Of a stretch of DNA of 64,000 nt, positions 26,814 through 38,750 are shown piece by piece (within the stretch, counting starts at the first letter, position 1; every line of letters starts with the position of its first letter). Origin of the DNA: an uncultured Haloferula sp. (GTDB taxonomy: Bacteria; Verrucomicrobiota; Verrucomicrobiia; Verrucomicrobiales; Akkermansiaceae). A program made the position numbers and the translations under genes. The stretch is taken from positions 32,001-96,000 of the forward strand of contig CBFGTS010000012.1 of NCBI GenBank assembly GCA_965652295.1, read 5' to 3'. The notes under the pieces are model-generated. The model saw nothing but the letters and a program-made list of their open reading frames with translations. It had not been told where the DNA came from and searched no databases.

Positions 26814-27269
26814 TCAGATCCGCGGATCAAAGCGGAACTCGATCGGGTCCCCCACCGTCATGCGAACAGCGGAGGCATGCAGCGGGTTGACCAGACACAC
26901 CGACTCCTTCGGGATGATCGTGCTCGGCAGTCGTAGCGCGAGCTGCCCGCCCTCGCGAAGCCACGCCTCGCCCAGCCGCCGGGCTCCCACGGACGAGGGA
27001 AGATTTCGCCAGTCGCCCGGCAGACTCTCCACCCGCACGTCCTCGACCAGTTCGTCCGGCACCGCTACCTCCAAGATCCGCCAGTCCAGCCTCAGCAGCT
27101 CGCGCGGCGCATGCACCAACACTTCCAGCGCCGCCAGCGATCGGGATTCCGCCAGATAGACAGCCGACAAGCCAGGGGGATTCCAACGGCCGCCCGCCAG
27201 CCGCGCGCCTTCGCCACTCATCGCACTGGCGGCCCAGCGCGCCTGCACCAGCCGGAAGAACGTCGCCAT
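26814..27269 (-). CDS. RES domain toxin (NAD+ phosphorylase/ADP-ribosyltransferase family)
   Basis: FFRL, SGEGARLAGGRWN, VYLAESRSLAALEVLVH, LPSTIIP.E...LVNP.H, FDPR. Confidence 0.92.
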   Translation of the reverse strand: MATFFRLVQARWAASAMSGEGARLAGGRWNPPGLSAVYLAESRSLAALEVLVHAPRELLRLDWRILEVAVPDELVEDVRVESLPGDWRNLPSSVGARRLGEAWLREGGQLALRLPSTIIPKESVCLVNPLHASAVRMTVGDPIEFRFDPRI

Positions 27270-27272
27270 GAG

Positions 27273-27704
27273 TCAGCTGAAAATGCCGTGTTCCAACCGC
27301 ATCAGCAGCGCCTCCACCTCACGGGCACCGATCTCCGTGTCCGCGAAATCCAGTGGGCATTCTCCGTGAAAAGCCACCGCCGGGGCCGACAGCCACGACC
27401 GTGCACCGTCCTCCCCCGCAAAGGTCTCACTGGCCCGCGCGAAAAGCCGCATGTAGCGCACCAGACGATCCGATTCCGAGCGATCCAAATGCCCCGATTT
27501 CTTGCGTCGGTGAAGTGTCGCTCGCGACATCCCGAGCAAGCCCGCCAGCCGCTCCTCGGTGAGATCGAGCAACCGCCGGGCCGCATGAAACTCCGACATC
27601 GAAAGCCCTTCGCGCACCCGCTCCACGACATAGGCGGCCTCAGGCTCCCGCACGATCGAGTCCTTCATGTCCGGCACATCCAGATACGAAACCTTCTTCT
27701 TCAT
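27273..27704 (-). CDS. Xre/MbcA/ParS family antitoxin
   Basis: HTH (LAGLLGMSRATLHRRK), ESDRLVR..RLF, A.SWL..P, PLD...TEIGAREVE.LL.RLEHGIFS; start ATG 27704. Confidence 0.92.
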   Translation of the reverse strand: MKKKVSYLDVPDMKDSIVREPEAAYVVERVREGLSMSEFHAARRLLDLTEERLAGLLGMSRATLHRRKKSGHLDRSESDRLVRYMRLFARASETFAGEDGARSWLSAPAVAFHGECPLDFADTEIGAREVEALLMRLEHGIFS

Positions 27705-27734
27705 ACGGATCAATTTATCCCTCCACCTGAAACA

Positions 27735-30700
27735 TCACAAGCGTTTTCCCCCGATTTCCACCCACTCTCCCAGCTTCGTGCTCAGCAACAGGCAGGTGAC
27801 CTCCGCCTGCGGGTAGATTCCCTTCACCACCCGCCGATACGCCTCCACCTGCCCGGCGTATCGCTCACGAAGCTCCTCCGCCGTCGTCACCGCATCGGTC
27901 TTGAAATCGATTACCTCGACCCGCTGCCCGCCATCGATGACATGCAGCCGGTCGATCACGCCGCTCAGCCATTTCCCCTCCACGATCGCCTCCACCGGCT
28001 GCTCACGGAAGAGCGCCACCTCGCCCCCCCGCCGCTCGAATCGGGCACGGATCTCCGGCACCCCTAGTAGTTCGCGCACCGCCATCGCACCGTCTCCTGC
28101 CGGAAACCGCGGTTCCTCCTCGTCCAGCCAACCGATCGCCTCGAACGCCGCGTGTACCTCACTGCCGAACTTCCGACCCGTCGCCGACGCCACCACCTTT
28201 CCCTCGACTGGCTTTTCACCGCTCGGCGTCGAGCGAGAGCGCAGTGCCTTCGGCCGCGCAAGCATCGGTGGGGGAGCTCCCGCCACCACTTCGCGCCGGG
28301 GAAGAGCGTCCAGCCATCCCGCAGCCCCGATTTCACACATCACGCCCGCTTCACGCCCATCCACTCCGCAGGCCGAACGCACCAACTCCGCAGACGACGC
28401 CCACGGACCCTTGTCACGCGATCCCGAAACTCCGGGCAGCACCACATAAAGCCCGCGCTTCGCCCGCGTCAGCGCCACATAGAGCAGGCATAGCGCCTCA
28501 TAGCGCTGCGCCTCTCCCCAGCGCTCCTCCGCCTCACGCAGCGCCGGGACCTGCTGGCGCACCCATTGTGCCGGCGGTTGCAGCAACCAGTCCGGCCCTG
28601 CCGCGATCTCGAACTTGCCCGCGTTCGGCACCTGCTCGTCGCTGATCTCCGGCAGGATCACCACATCGAACCCAAGACCCTTCGCCTTGTGCATCGTCAT
28701 CACCTGCACCGCGGCCGATCCCGGTTCCTGCGCGACTTCCAGCTTCTCGATCGCCAGCAGCGCGTCACGTGGTCCCCCGCCACCTTCCGCATCAAAGGTC
28801 TCCAACGCACGGATCACATCCATCGCCCGGCCGTGGCCGAAATCGGAAAGCGTTTCCCGCAATGGTGCCACCAAATCCTCAAGCATTCCTCCGTATCCCT
28901 TCGCTTCGACTTCCGTCAGCAGGCCCTCCCAACGCGCCTGCCAGAACCCGCCGAAGCGCACATCGAGCTCCGCCACAAGCGGCGACATCGCCACCACCCC
29001 ACGCTCCATTCCATCCGCCGGATCCGCCAGCCATGCGATCAGAGCCCGCAGAGCCACGCCCACGGCGTGATCCTCAGTCGGCCGACGGCGTCCCTCCTCG
29101 ATCACTTGAAAACCCGCCTCCCGCAACCGGTCGGCCAGCGCCACCACCTGATCGTTCGTCCGCACCAGCACGCCGCAGCTCAGTGCCTTTTTCCCAGCAC
29201 CGATTTCCTCCAGCAGCCCCACCACCCGCTCGTAACGCAGCTCGCTTTCCTTGCCCTCCGTCACCTCCACACGCACGTAGCCGCTCAGCGATGCATCGGC
29301 CGGTTCATGCCTCTCCCACCCCGCCGCCCACCGATTCGCCAGTCCGGGCCCGAACGCTTCGCGGATCCCGGCATCGTTACCGCCCACGCGGTTCACGAAG
29401 TCCAACACCGCTCCGCACGAACGCCGCGAGACCGGCATCGACTCCGGGCTGAGGCGGAAGTGATCCCGCACCACGTCGAACAAGCGCACGTCGCCACCCC
29501 GCCAACCGTAGATCGCCTGCTTCGCGTCACCTACCACGAACATCGTAGATGCGTCGTCGCTCGCCGCCTCCTCGATCCACGGCAGCAGGCCGTTCCACTG
29601 CGCACCACTCGTGTCCTGAAACTCGTCCAGCAGCCAATGGTCGTAGCGTGCGTCGAGGCGAAAATCCACCGCCTCGCGCCGCAGCCGACCCGCTTCGGTT
29701 TTCAACCACTCGCCCATCAGCACCTTCACATCGTCAAAGCCCAGCAAACCCCGCCGTCGCAGCTGCCTCTCGCAGGCCGCATCGAACTCCGCCACGATCC
29801 GCAGCACCGCCCGCGTCCGCTCGACCGCCGCCGCCAGCTCGCACCCGACCAGCAGCCTCATCAAATCCCTCAACCGGTCCTCGAAAACCGGCCCCATCGC
29901 CACCTCCTTGTAGTGCTTCAGCACCAGCACCTCATCGCCGCGCCACTCCAGCATCCCCTTCAGAAAGCCCGTCGCGCCACCCAACGAACCGCTGCCGATC
30001 GTGTGCTTCTCGAAAGTTACCAGCGCCTTCTCCATCGCTTCGCCCTGACCCTTGCGCGTCCACTCCACATCCTGCGCCGCCGATCTCAATCCACCCACCC
30101 GCTTCGCCTTCTCCCTTTCCCACTCCTCCACCTCCGGCAGATCGCCGAACACCCGAGCCAACCCTTCGTCCAAAGCCGCGCCGTGCTCCCGCCATTTGTC
30201 CTGCCAAGCGTCGAAAAAACCCAGCAGCAGCTCCACCACCGCCTTCTGCTCCCGCCCCATCGTCGCCCGGCGGAAGGCCGCGAGAAACTCCTCCGCATCC
30301 TCGTCCCACATCGCATTCCCCACCAGTCCGCCGAGCAGGGCATCGAGCTTCGCCCGTCGCTGCGGCCCCTCCAACAGCTCGAAGCTGCCACCGGTCACAC
30401 CGAGTTCGTACTGGAAACCTCGTACCACCCGGGTGAAAAAACTGTCCATGGTCCCCAGCGCCAGCCGCGGCAGCGCGCGCACCACCTTTTCCAGCACCTC
30501 CATCGGCTCGAACGGACCGCCCAGCGCGTCCTCGATCCTCGCCCGCTCCGCTGGATCCAGCGCCGCCTTCGCCAGCTTTTCGAGCACCGCATCCGCGAAC
30601 TCGCCCGCCGCCTTGCGGGTGAAAGTCAGCGCCACGATCCGCTCAGGATCGACCCCCGCCCGCCCCACCAGGCCGATCACCCGGTTGCTGAGTTGATAGG

Positions 30701-30755
30701 TTTTCCCCGACCCCGCCGAGGCCCGGATCATCAGGTTTTTACTCAGAATCTTCAT
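27735..30755 (-). CDS. addA: AddA-like UvrD helicase/nuclease
   Basis: ASAGSGKT, LTFTRKAA, LDEFQDT, VGDAKQAIYGWRGG, MTMHKAKGLGFD, YVALTRA, C-terminal GVIDRL..IDFKT. Confidence 0.9.
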   Translation of the reverse strand: MKILSKNLMIRASAGSGKTYQLSNRVIGLVGRAGVDPERIVALTFTRKAAGEFADAVLEKLAKAALDPAERARIEDALGGPFEPMEVLEKVVRALPRLALGTMDSFFTRVVRGFQYELGVTGGSFELLEGPQRRAKLDALLGGLVGNAMWDEDAEEFLAAFRRATMGREQKAVVELLLGFFDAWQDKWREHGAALDEGLARVFGDLPEVEEWEREKAKRVGGLRSAAQDVEWTRKGQGEAMEKALVTFEKHTIGSGSLGGATGFLKGMLEWRGDEVLVLKHYKEVAMGPVFEDRLRDLMRLLVGCELAAAVERTRAVLRIVAEFDAACERQLRRRGLLGFDDVKVLMGEWLKTEAGRLRREAVDFRLDARYDHWLLDEFQDTSGAQWNGLLPWIEEAASDDASTMFVVGDAKQAIYGWRGGDVRLFDVVRDHFRLSPESMPVSRRSCGAVLDFVNRVGGNDAGIREAFGPGLANRWAAGWERHEPADASLSGYVRVEVTEGKESELRYERVVGLLEEIGAGKKALSCGVLVRTNDQVVALADRLREAGFQVIEEGRRRPTEDHAVGVALRALIAWLADPADGMERGVVAMSPLVAELDVRFGGFWQARWEGLLTEVEAKGYGGMLEDLVAPLRETLSDFGHGRAMDVIRALETFDAEGGGGPRDALLAIEKLEVAQEPGSAAVQVMTMHKAKGLGFDVVILPEISDEQVPNAGKFEIAAGPDWLLQPPAQWVRQQVPALREAEERWGEAQRYEALCLLYVALTRAKRGLYVVLPGVSGSRDKGPWASSAELVRSACGVDGREAGVMCEIGAAGWLDALPRREVVAGAPPPMLARPKALRSRSTPSGEKPVEGKVVASATGRKFGSEVHAAFEAIGWLDEEEPRFPAGDGAMAVRELLGVPEIRARFERRGGEVALFREQPVEAIVEGKWLSGVIDRLHVIDGGQRVEVIDFKTDAVTTAEELRERYAGQVEAYRRVVKGIYPQAEVTCLLLSTKLGEWVEIGGKRL

Positions 30756-33459
30756 CGCTCCACTCGTTGGGTTCCATCACCAGGCTCTCCAGCTGGCGCC
30801 CCACGGCCAGCGCCTTGAAATCATCGTGGTTCACCTTCTCTGCCGGCGGCCAGAATGCCCCCGCCGTCACCTGCTCCAGCACCCACGCCGCACAGGCCCG
30901 TGCGGATTCCCGCTGTTCTTCATCGAAGTCGCCCCACCAGCTCACGTCGCATTCCCCCTCGCTCGCGCCGAGCACGTAGTAGCCCATCGCGCCGATCTCA
31001 CCCAAAGCCACCGCATACAAAGGCACCTGGAGGTCCTTCCACAGATGCTCCGTCGGGCTTTTCGATCGCCCGGAAATCACCTGCACCCGGGCAGCCTCCA
31101 CGCCATCAAGATGCGTCGGAATCCGCGTCGCGGCGGTCACGCGGGTCAAGTGCGAGGTCCTCACCTCCTTGCCGCTCAGTTTGGCAAAGGTCTTGTAGTC
31201 GAGCACCCGCAGCTCGCCATCGCGCTCGTCGATCCGGTCCACCGTGCCCCGCACCGTCACGCCGGCGATCTCGATTTCGAACTTCTTCTCCACCTCCTTC
31301 ACCCGCCAACCTTCCACCTGCTCCTGCGCCTGCCATGCCGAAAACCAGCCCAGCCGTTGCTTCAGGCTCTCCGCCTGCATCCGCGCCGCCAGCGGGATCC
31401 GCTCGCCGAATCTCCGCCGCAGCAGCGTTTCCACCTGGCCTTCGAAATACTCCCTCAGCGCCTCGACCTTGCTGAAATCCCGCGCCACCGGATCATTGCC
31501 CCACGTTTCGAGAACCTCATGCGCGACCGTTCCGAAATCGCGCGAGTTCCACTCGACCCGCTCCGGCTCTGCGGCGCTCATGCCCAGTCCGTGCTTCAAA
31601 TAGAACCGGAACGGGCAGGCAAGGTAGTCCTTGAAGGCGGAGACCGACAGACTGCGCTTACCGTCCTTTACCCGCACCTCCCGCCGCTCCGGCCGCCAAC
31701 GCCAGTCCACCTCGAACGCCACTCCCGCGTCCGGTGGCTCCACGCCTTGGAAAAGCAGCTTCACCCGCCGCGCCAGCTCCTCGCCTTTCGCCGCCAGCAA
31801 CAGACGCGATGGCAACAGTGCGTCGCCATCGCCCCCGGATTTCGCCAGCAGGAGGTCCACCCGTCCGCCCGTGCGCCGCGCCTCGATCACCGACCGCAGA
31901 ACGAACGCATCCCGCGCACCCCGCTGCGCCTCCGTGCCCAGCCCGAGGCGCTCGCGCACCCCCTCCGCCAGCCACGGATTCGCCCCCCCCGGCGACGGCA
32001 CGCGACCCTCATTCAAGCCGCAAATCACCAGATGCCGACCTTCCGCGTGCAGCAGCTCCAGCCACCCCTGGACGTCCGCCACCCGTCCGTCCGGGATCTC
32101 CGCCGGAGCCCCCGCAAGCTCGCCCAGCACCAGATCCAGCCAGTAGGTCGCGGGCCGACGGCTGCGCCCCACCGCCACTGCCAGCCCCTCCATCGCCTCA
32201 TGCAGGCCGGCCCACTCGCCCGCCGCATCCACCCGCTCCAGCAAAGCCGCCATCGCTTCGGGAAACGGCTGGCGCATGAACCTGGCCCGCCACTTCATCA
32301 ACCGTTCCAAGGTCTCCCTCGCCATCTCGGCCAGCTCACCGCTGCCCTCGTCGGCCGCGGCCACCCGCTCGATGTCATCCAGATCCCGCACCAACCACTC
32401 GTTCCGCAGCCGCGAAAGTGCGTCCACCCGTTGCGCCCGCCGCCCCCCGACCAATGCCGAAGTCGAGGCGTAGGCCAGCAGATCGATCGCCTCCGCCGCT
32501 TCCGGTTTCTGAAGAAATCTCCGCCACGCCTTCAGCCACGCCCGCGCCCCCGCACCGCCTGCCGCGCCGGGATGGTGAACCTTCCAACCCGCGGCACGGA
32601 ACGCCCGCACCAGTTCGCCCGTCGTTTCCTCGTCCGCGCAGCCCAGCGTCAGATCATCCGAGCCCGTCCCCTCCCTCGCCACCCGCTCCACCGCCCGCTG
32701 CGCCTGATGCCTCGCGTGCGCCGCCAGCTCGACACCGCCGGGTTCCGGCCACGCCAGCTCGCGATTCTCCCACTCGCTTTGGATCGGGCGACCCCACTCG
32801 TCAAACCCCTCGGCCTCCCCGGCAGGCGCGGCCACCAGACAGGTCACCTCCGCCTCGTCGATCCGGCGCACCAGCGCATCCGGGAAATCCCACACTCCCG
32901 CGAAAACCAACCGTCCCTGCAGTTTCGGAGCATCCATCAGCAGCCGGTTTTCTCCGACCGCTCCCCAGCGCCACAACACCTCGTCCCGCCGTCTCGCCAA
33001 CTCCGCCAGCCCCGCCCATCGCTCCGCCTCGATCGACCCTGAAAGCTTCGTTGCCGCCAGAGAAATCGTCAGCGTGTTCTCCCGCAGCGAGCGTTCCAGA
33101 TCCACCAGCGACCTCGCCAACGAAAGCGCCCAGCCCGGGGCCTCGCCCTCGCCCGGCGCGTCCCGGAAGACCGCCTCGAATTCCGACCAATCCCCGACTC
33201 CCTCCAACGCCTCGACCCAGGCCGCCACCTCCACCGCGCGCCCGGCCGAACCCTCCGGCCTCAGCAGCCGACCCGGCGTCACCACCCGCGGTGCTAGACA
33301 TGGGCTCTTCTCCGCCAAGGCTTCGCGCAAACGTCGACCCGCCTGCGCCGTCGGCACCACCACCTGCATCTCCGGCATTTCCCCGCGCCGCGCCCAAAGC
33401 CATTCCACCACCGCTCCCAACAGCGGCCGATCCCATCCCAGAAACACCCGTCGATCCAT
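30739..33459 (-). CDS. addB: AddB-like inactive helicase / PD-(D/E)XK nuclease
   Basis: VVVPT..AGRRLRE, GLNEG.VP, PSRLL, SVS...YLACPFRFYL, G.VDRID..LDYKT..LQ.PLY; overlaps the addA start. Confidence 0.85.
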   Translation of the reverse strand: MDRRVFLGWDRPLLGAVVEWLWARRGEMPEMQVVVPTAQAGRRLREALAEKSPCLAPRVVTPGRLLRPEGSAGRAVEVAAWVEALEGVGDWSEFEAVFRDAPGEGEAPGWALSLARSLVDLERSLRENTLTISLAATKLSGSIEAERWAGLAELARRRDEVLWRWGAVGENRLLMDAPKLQGRLVFAGVWDFPDALVRRIDEAEVTCLVAAPAGEAEGFDEWGRPIQSEWENRELAWPEPGGVELAAHARHQAQRAVERVAREGTGSDDLTLGCADEETTGELVRAFRAAGWKVHHPGAAGGAGARAWLKAWRRFLQKPEAAEAIDLLAYASTSALVGGRRAQRVDALSRLRNEWLVRDLDDIERVAAADEGSGELAEMARETLERLMKWRARFMRQPFPEAMAALLERVDAAGEWAGLHEAMEGLAVAVGRSRRPATYWLDLVLGELAGAPAEIPDGRVADVQGWLELLHAEGRHLVICGLNEGRVPSPGGANPWLAEGVRERLGLGTEAQRGARDAFVLRSVIEARRTGGRVDLLLAKSGGDGDALLPSRLLLAAKGEELARRVKLLFQGVEPPDAGVAFEVDWRWRPERREVRVKDGKRSLSVSAFKDYLACPFRFYLKHGLGMSAAEPERVEWNSRDFGTVAHEVLETWGNDPVARDFSKVEALREYFEGQVETLLRRRFGERIPLAARMQAESLKQRLGWFSAWQAQEQVEGWRVKEVEKKFEIEIAGVTVRGTVDRIDERDGELRVLDYKTFAKLSGKEVRTSHLTRVTAATRIPTHLDGVEAARVQVISGRSKSPTEHLWKDLQVPLYAVALGEIGAMGYYVLGASEGECDVSWWGDFDEEQRESARACAAWVLEQVTAGAFWPPAEKVNHDDFKALAVGRQLESLVMEPNEWSDEDSE

Positions 33460-33529
33460 CGCCCGTATTTCTGCCCGCCCCCGATTGGGAACGCGAGCCT
33501 TTGGAGCGTCGATTCCCGCCGAAACGCAA

Positions 33530-33557
33530 ATCGGGGCAATCTTGCGATTGCCCCGAT
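33530..33557 (-). terminator. Terminator after clpC
   Basis: ATCGGGGCAATC-TTGC-GATTGCCCCGAT perfect 12-bp stem with a T-rich tail on the minus strand. Confidence 0.75.
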
Positions 33558-33581
33558 GTTAGGAATTCGTTGCGTGATCGA

Positions 33582-36094
<2,513 letters not shown>

Positions 36095-36098
<4 letters not shown>

Positions 36099-37222
36099 GC
36101 GAGTCCGAGGTCGGGTGGTGGGTTATCCCCGTTGTTTTGATTTTCTAGCTTACCGGTATCAGGGGCATCGAGGCTTTGCAACCGGGAGCGGACAATTTCC
36201 GCGCGGATGGCATCGCGCTCTTCGGGTGAAAGCTTCCTCCCACTGTGTAGCTGCAAGTGTGCCGGTTGGATGTCCATCAGCAACTCGTCGCAGATCCTCG
36301 CCGTGTCATCGTTGTAACAACCGAGGTCCGCGCCGAGGCGGAGCATGGAGACGTATTCGAGCGCTTCTTTCGAGGAAATCAACCAGGCATGCCGCAGCAG
36401 GCCGTAGGCGCGGCCGATCTTGTCGCGCACCATGTCCGGATCGTCCTCCATCAGCTTCTCCCGGGCGTAGCGCTCGTTTTTCTCGACCTGGGCGATCACC
36501 CGGCCGAGCCGCTCCAGAATCGCCTCCTCGCTTTCGCCGAGGGTCGATTGGTTGGAAATCTGGAACAGGTGTCCGAGCGACTCGGAGCCTTCCCCGAAGA
36601 TGCCGCGAACGGCGAGACCGATCTTGTTCACCGCCTGGAGCACCTGGCCGATCTGGTCGCTCAGAACCAGCGCGGGAAGGTGCAGCATGGCGGAGGCGCG
36701 CATGCCGGTACCGAGGTTGGTCGGACAGGTCGTGAGGTAGCCGAGGCGACCATCGAAAGCATACTCGACGTCCTCGGCGAGCTGGTCGTCGAGCACTGAG
36801 AGCGATGAAAACGCCTCACCGAGATTGAGCCCGGGGCGGATCGATTGCATCCGCAGGTGGTCTTCCTCATTGATCATGATGGCCACGCTCTGGCGGCGTT
36901 CGATGACCGCCGCACTGCCCTCGCCGCGCGCGGCATGCTCGCGGGAAATCAGGTGGCGTTCGACCATCACCTGCTTGTGGACCGAATCGAGGTCCGAGAG
37001 TTGCTTGGAAAAACCATCCTTCATGACCGGCAACGCTTCGACGGTCGGTTGAAGGAGTTCCATCACCTTTCTTCGCTGCGTTTTTTTCGCCCAGCCGGGA
37101 AAGGGGTGGTGGGCGAGGTTGCGCGCGAGGCGGATGCGGGAGGTGAGCACGATCGAGTTGTCGGCCGACCCGCCGGTCATCCAGTCGGCGGGGTGCTTCA
37201 TCAATGTCGAGAATCTCATCAT
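36095..37222 (-). CDS. mcsB: Protein arginine kinase
   Basis: SRIRLARN, ERHLIS, NEEDHLR, GYLTTCPTNLGTGMRAS, QISNQ.TLG. Confidence 0.95.
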
Positions 37223-37734
37223 CGGCTGCTTCCGGCGTCGGCACCCTGGGTTTCCAGCTCGCGGATCTCGTCACGAATCCCCGCAGCCTCCTCGTAGTTT
37301 TCCGCCTGCACGGCCGAATCCAGACGCTCGCGCAGCTCCTCGAGCCGCTGCCGCCGGATCTGGAGTTCGTAAAGCCCGTCGGGCACTTTTCCCCGGTGTT
37401 CGCCACCCTTGTGCATGCCGCGGATCATCTGCTCCACCTCGGAGCGGAACGTCTCGTAGCAGGTCCCGCAGCCGAAGCGACGCACGCGCTGGAGATCCTC
37501 CAGCGTGAAGCCGCATTCGGGGCAGCGCCGGCCCGATGACGGAGGCCTCGGCGCGAGCGGCGCGCTGGCCGGAGCCCCGGGCGCGAGCAACAGGTCGGCC
37601 AGGGCAAAGCCGGTCGGGTCCGTCACGCCGCTGCTCTGGGCGCACTCATTGCACAGGGCGATCTTTTTCACCTGCCCGCCCACAAGCTGGGTCAGGTGAA
37701 CCTTCGCCGGTTTGCCGCATTTGTCGCAGTCCAT
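37219..37734 (-). CDS. mcsA: McsA activator (CxxC motifs + UVR domain)
   Basis: CDKC, LCNECA, CPECG, GCGTCY, ENYEEAA.IRDEI; ATG 37734. Confidence 0.93.
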   Translation of the reverse strand: MDCDKCGKPAKVHLTQLVGGQVKKIALCNECAQSSGVTDPTGFALADLLLAPGAPASAPLAPRPPSSGRRCPECGFTLEDLQRVRRFGCGTCYETFRSEVEQMIRGMHKGGEHRGKVPDGLYELQIRRQRLEELRERLDSAVQAENYEEAAGIRDEIRELETQGADAGSSR

Positions 37735-37804
37735 CCTTTGGAAAAAACCTAGGTCCGGGTCCGGGGAATGCGAAACGAATTCGCCCCGGATGCCGGGAAA
37801 ATTC

Positions 37805-38674
37805 TCAATCCACCGCGGTGCCGGTGGTCCGGGTGAGTTCGCGGAAGGCGGCGATGAACTTCTCGGTCCACGGCCCCATTTTCCCCGAGCCGATGACACG
37901 ACGATCGAGGCTGGAAGCAGGAATCACCTCGGCAGCCGAGCCGGTGAGAAAAACCTCGTCGGCGGTGAAGATATCGTAGCGGGTCACCGACCTCTCGGTG
38001 ATCTCGATGCCGATCCTGGGCGCGAGTTCCAGAATCACCTGACGGGTGATGCCGTCGAGCGCGCCATCGGAAACCGGCGGCGTCGTCACCTTGCCATCGC
38101 GGATCACGAAGATGTTGTCGCCCGTGCACTCGGCCACGTAGCCCTGCTCGTTGAGCATGATCCCTTCCAACGCCCCGGCCTGGATCGCCTCCACCTTGGC
38201 CATGATGTTGTTGAGGTAGTTCAGCGATTTCACCTGTGGCATCAGGGCGGCGGGCGCAGGACGGCGGGTGGCGCAGGTCGCCAGCGCCATGCCGTCGCGG
38301 TATTTGTCCTCGGGGTAGAGTTTGATGGTCGAGGCGATGATGAACATGCTGGGCTTCGGGCACAGGTAGGGGTTGAGCCCCAGCTCGCCGCAGCCGCGGG
38401 TAGCGACCAGCCGGATGTAGCCATCCTCCAGCCCGTTCGCGCGCACCGTTTCGCAGGTGAAGCGGCAGACCTCCTCCTGGGTCCACGGCAGGTCGAGGAC
38501 GATGGCTTTGGCGGAATCGAACAGGCGGCGGACGTGCTCCTCCAGGCGGAAGATCCGGCGGCCGTAGAAACGCATGCCTTCAAAAACGCCATCCCCATAA
38601 AGCAATCCGTGGTCGAAGACCGAAATCTTCGCTTGGGATTCGTCCACCAATTCGCCGTCGAGCCAGATCTTCAT
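37805..38674 (-). CDS. ilvE: Branched-chain amino acid aminotransferase
   Basis: DHGLLYGDGVFEG, KSLNYLNN, ECTGDNIF, LDGITR, ADEVFLTGSAAE. Confidence 0.95.
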   Translation of the reverse strand: MKIWLDGELVDESQAKISVFDHGLLYGDGVFEGMRFYGRRIFRLEEHVRRLFDSAKAIVLDLPWTQEEVCRFTCETVRANGLEDGYIRLVATRGCGELGLNPYLCPKPSMFIIASTIKLYPEDKYRDGMALATCATRRPAPAALMPQVKSLNYLNNIMAKVEAIQAGALEGIMLNEQGYVAECTGDNIFVIRDGKVTTPPVSDGALDGITRQVILELAPRIGIEITERSVTRYDIFTADEVFLTGSAAEVIPASSLDRRVIGSGKMGPWTEKFIAAFRELTRTTGTAVD

Positions 38675-38750
38675 TCGCTGTCCGCGGGAGCCTAGAGCCC
38701 GCCCGGGGGCTGGCAAGCATGCGATTGGGCGTAAATCCGCCGGGTGCGCT

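Noticed and set aside
27735..33459. Helicase-nuclease pair plus TA as a novel anti-phage system
   Set aside because: Domain order, sizes and motifs match housekeeping AddAB recombination enzymes.
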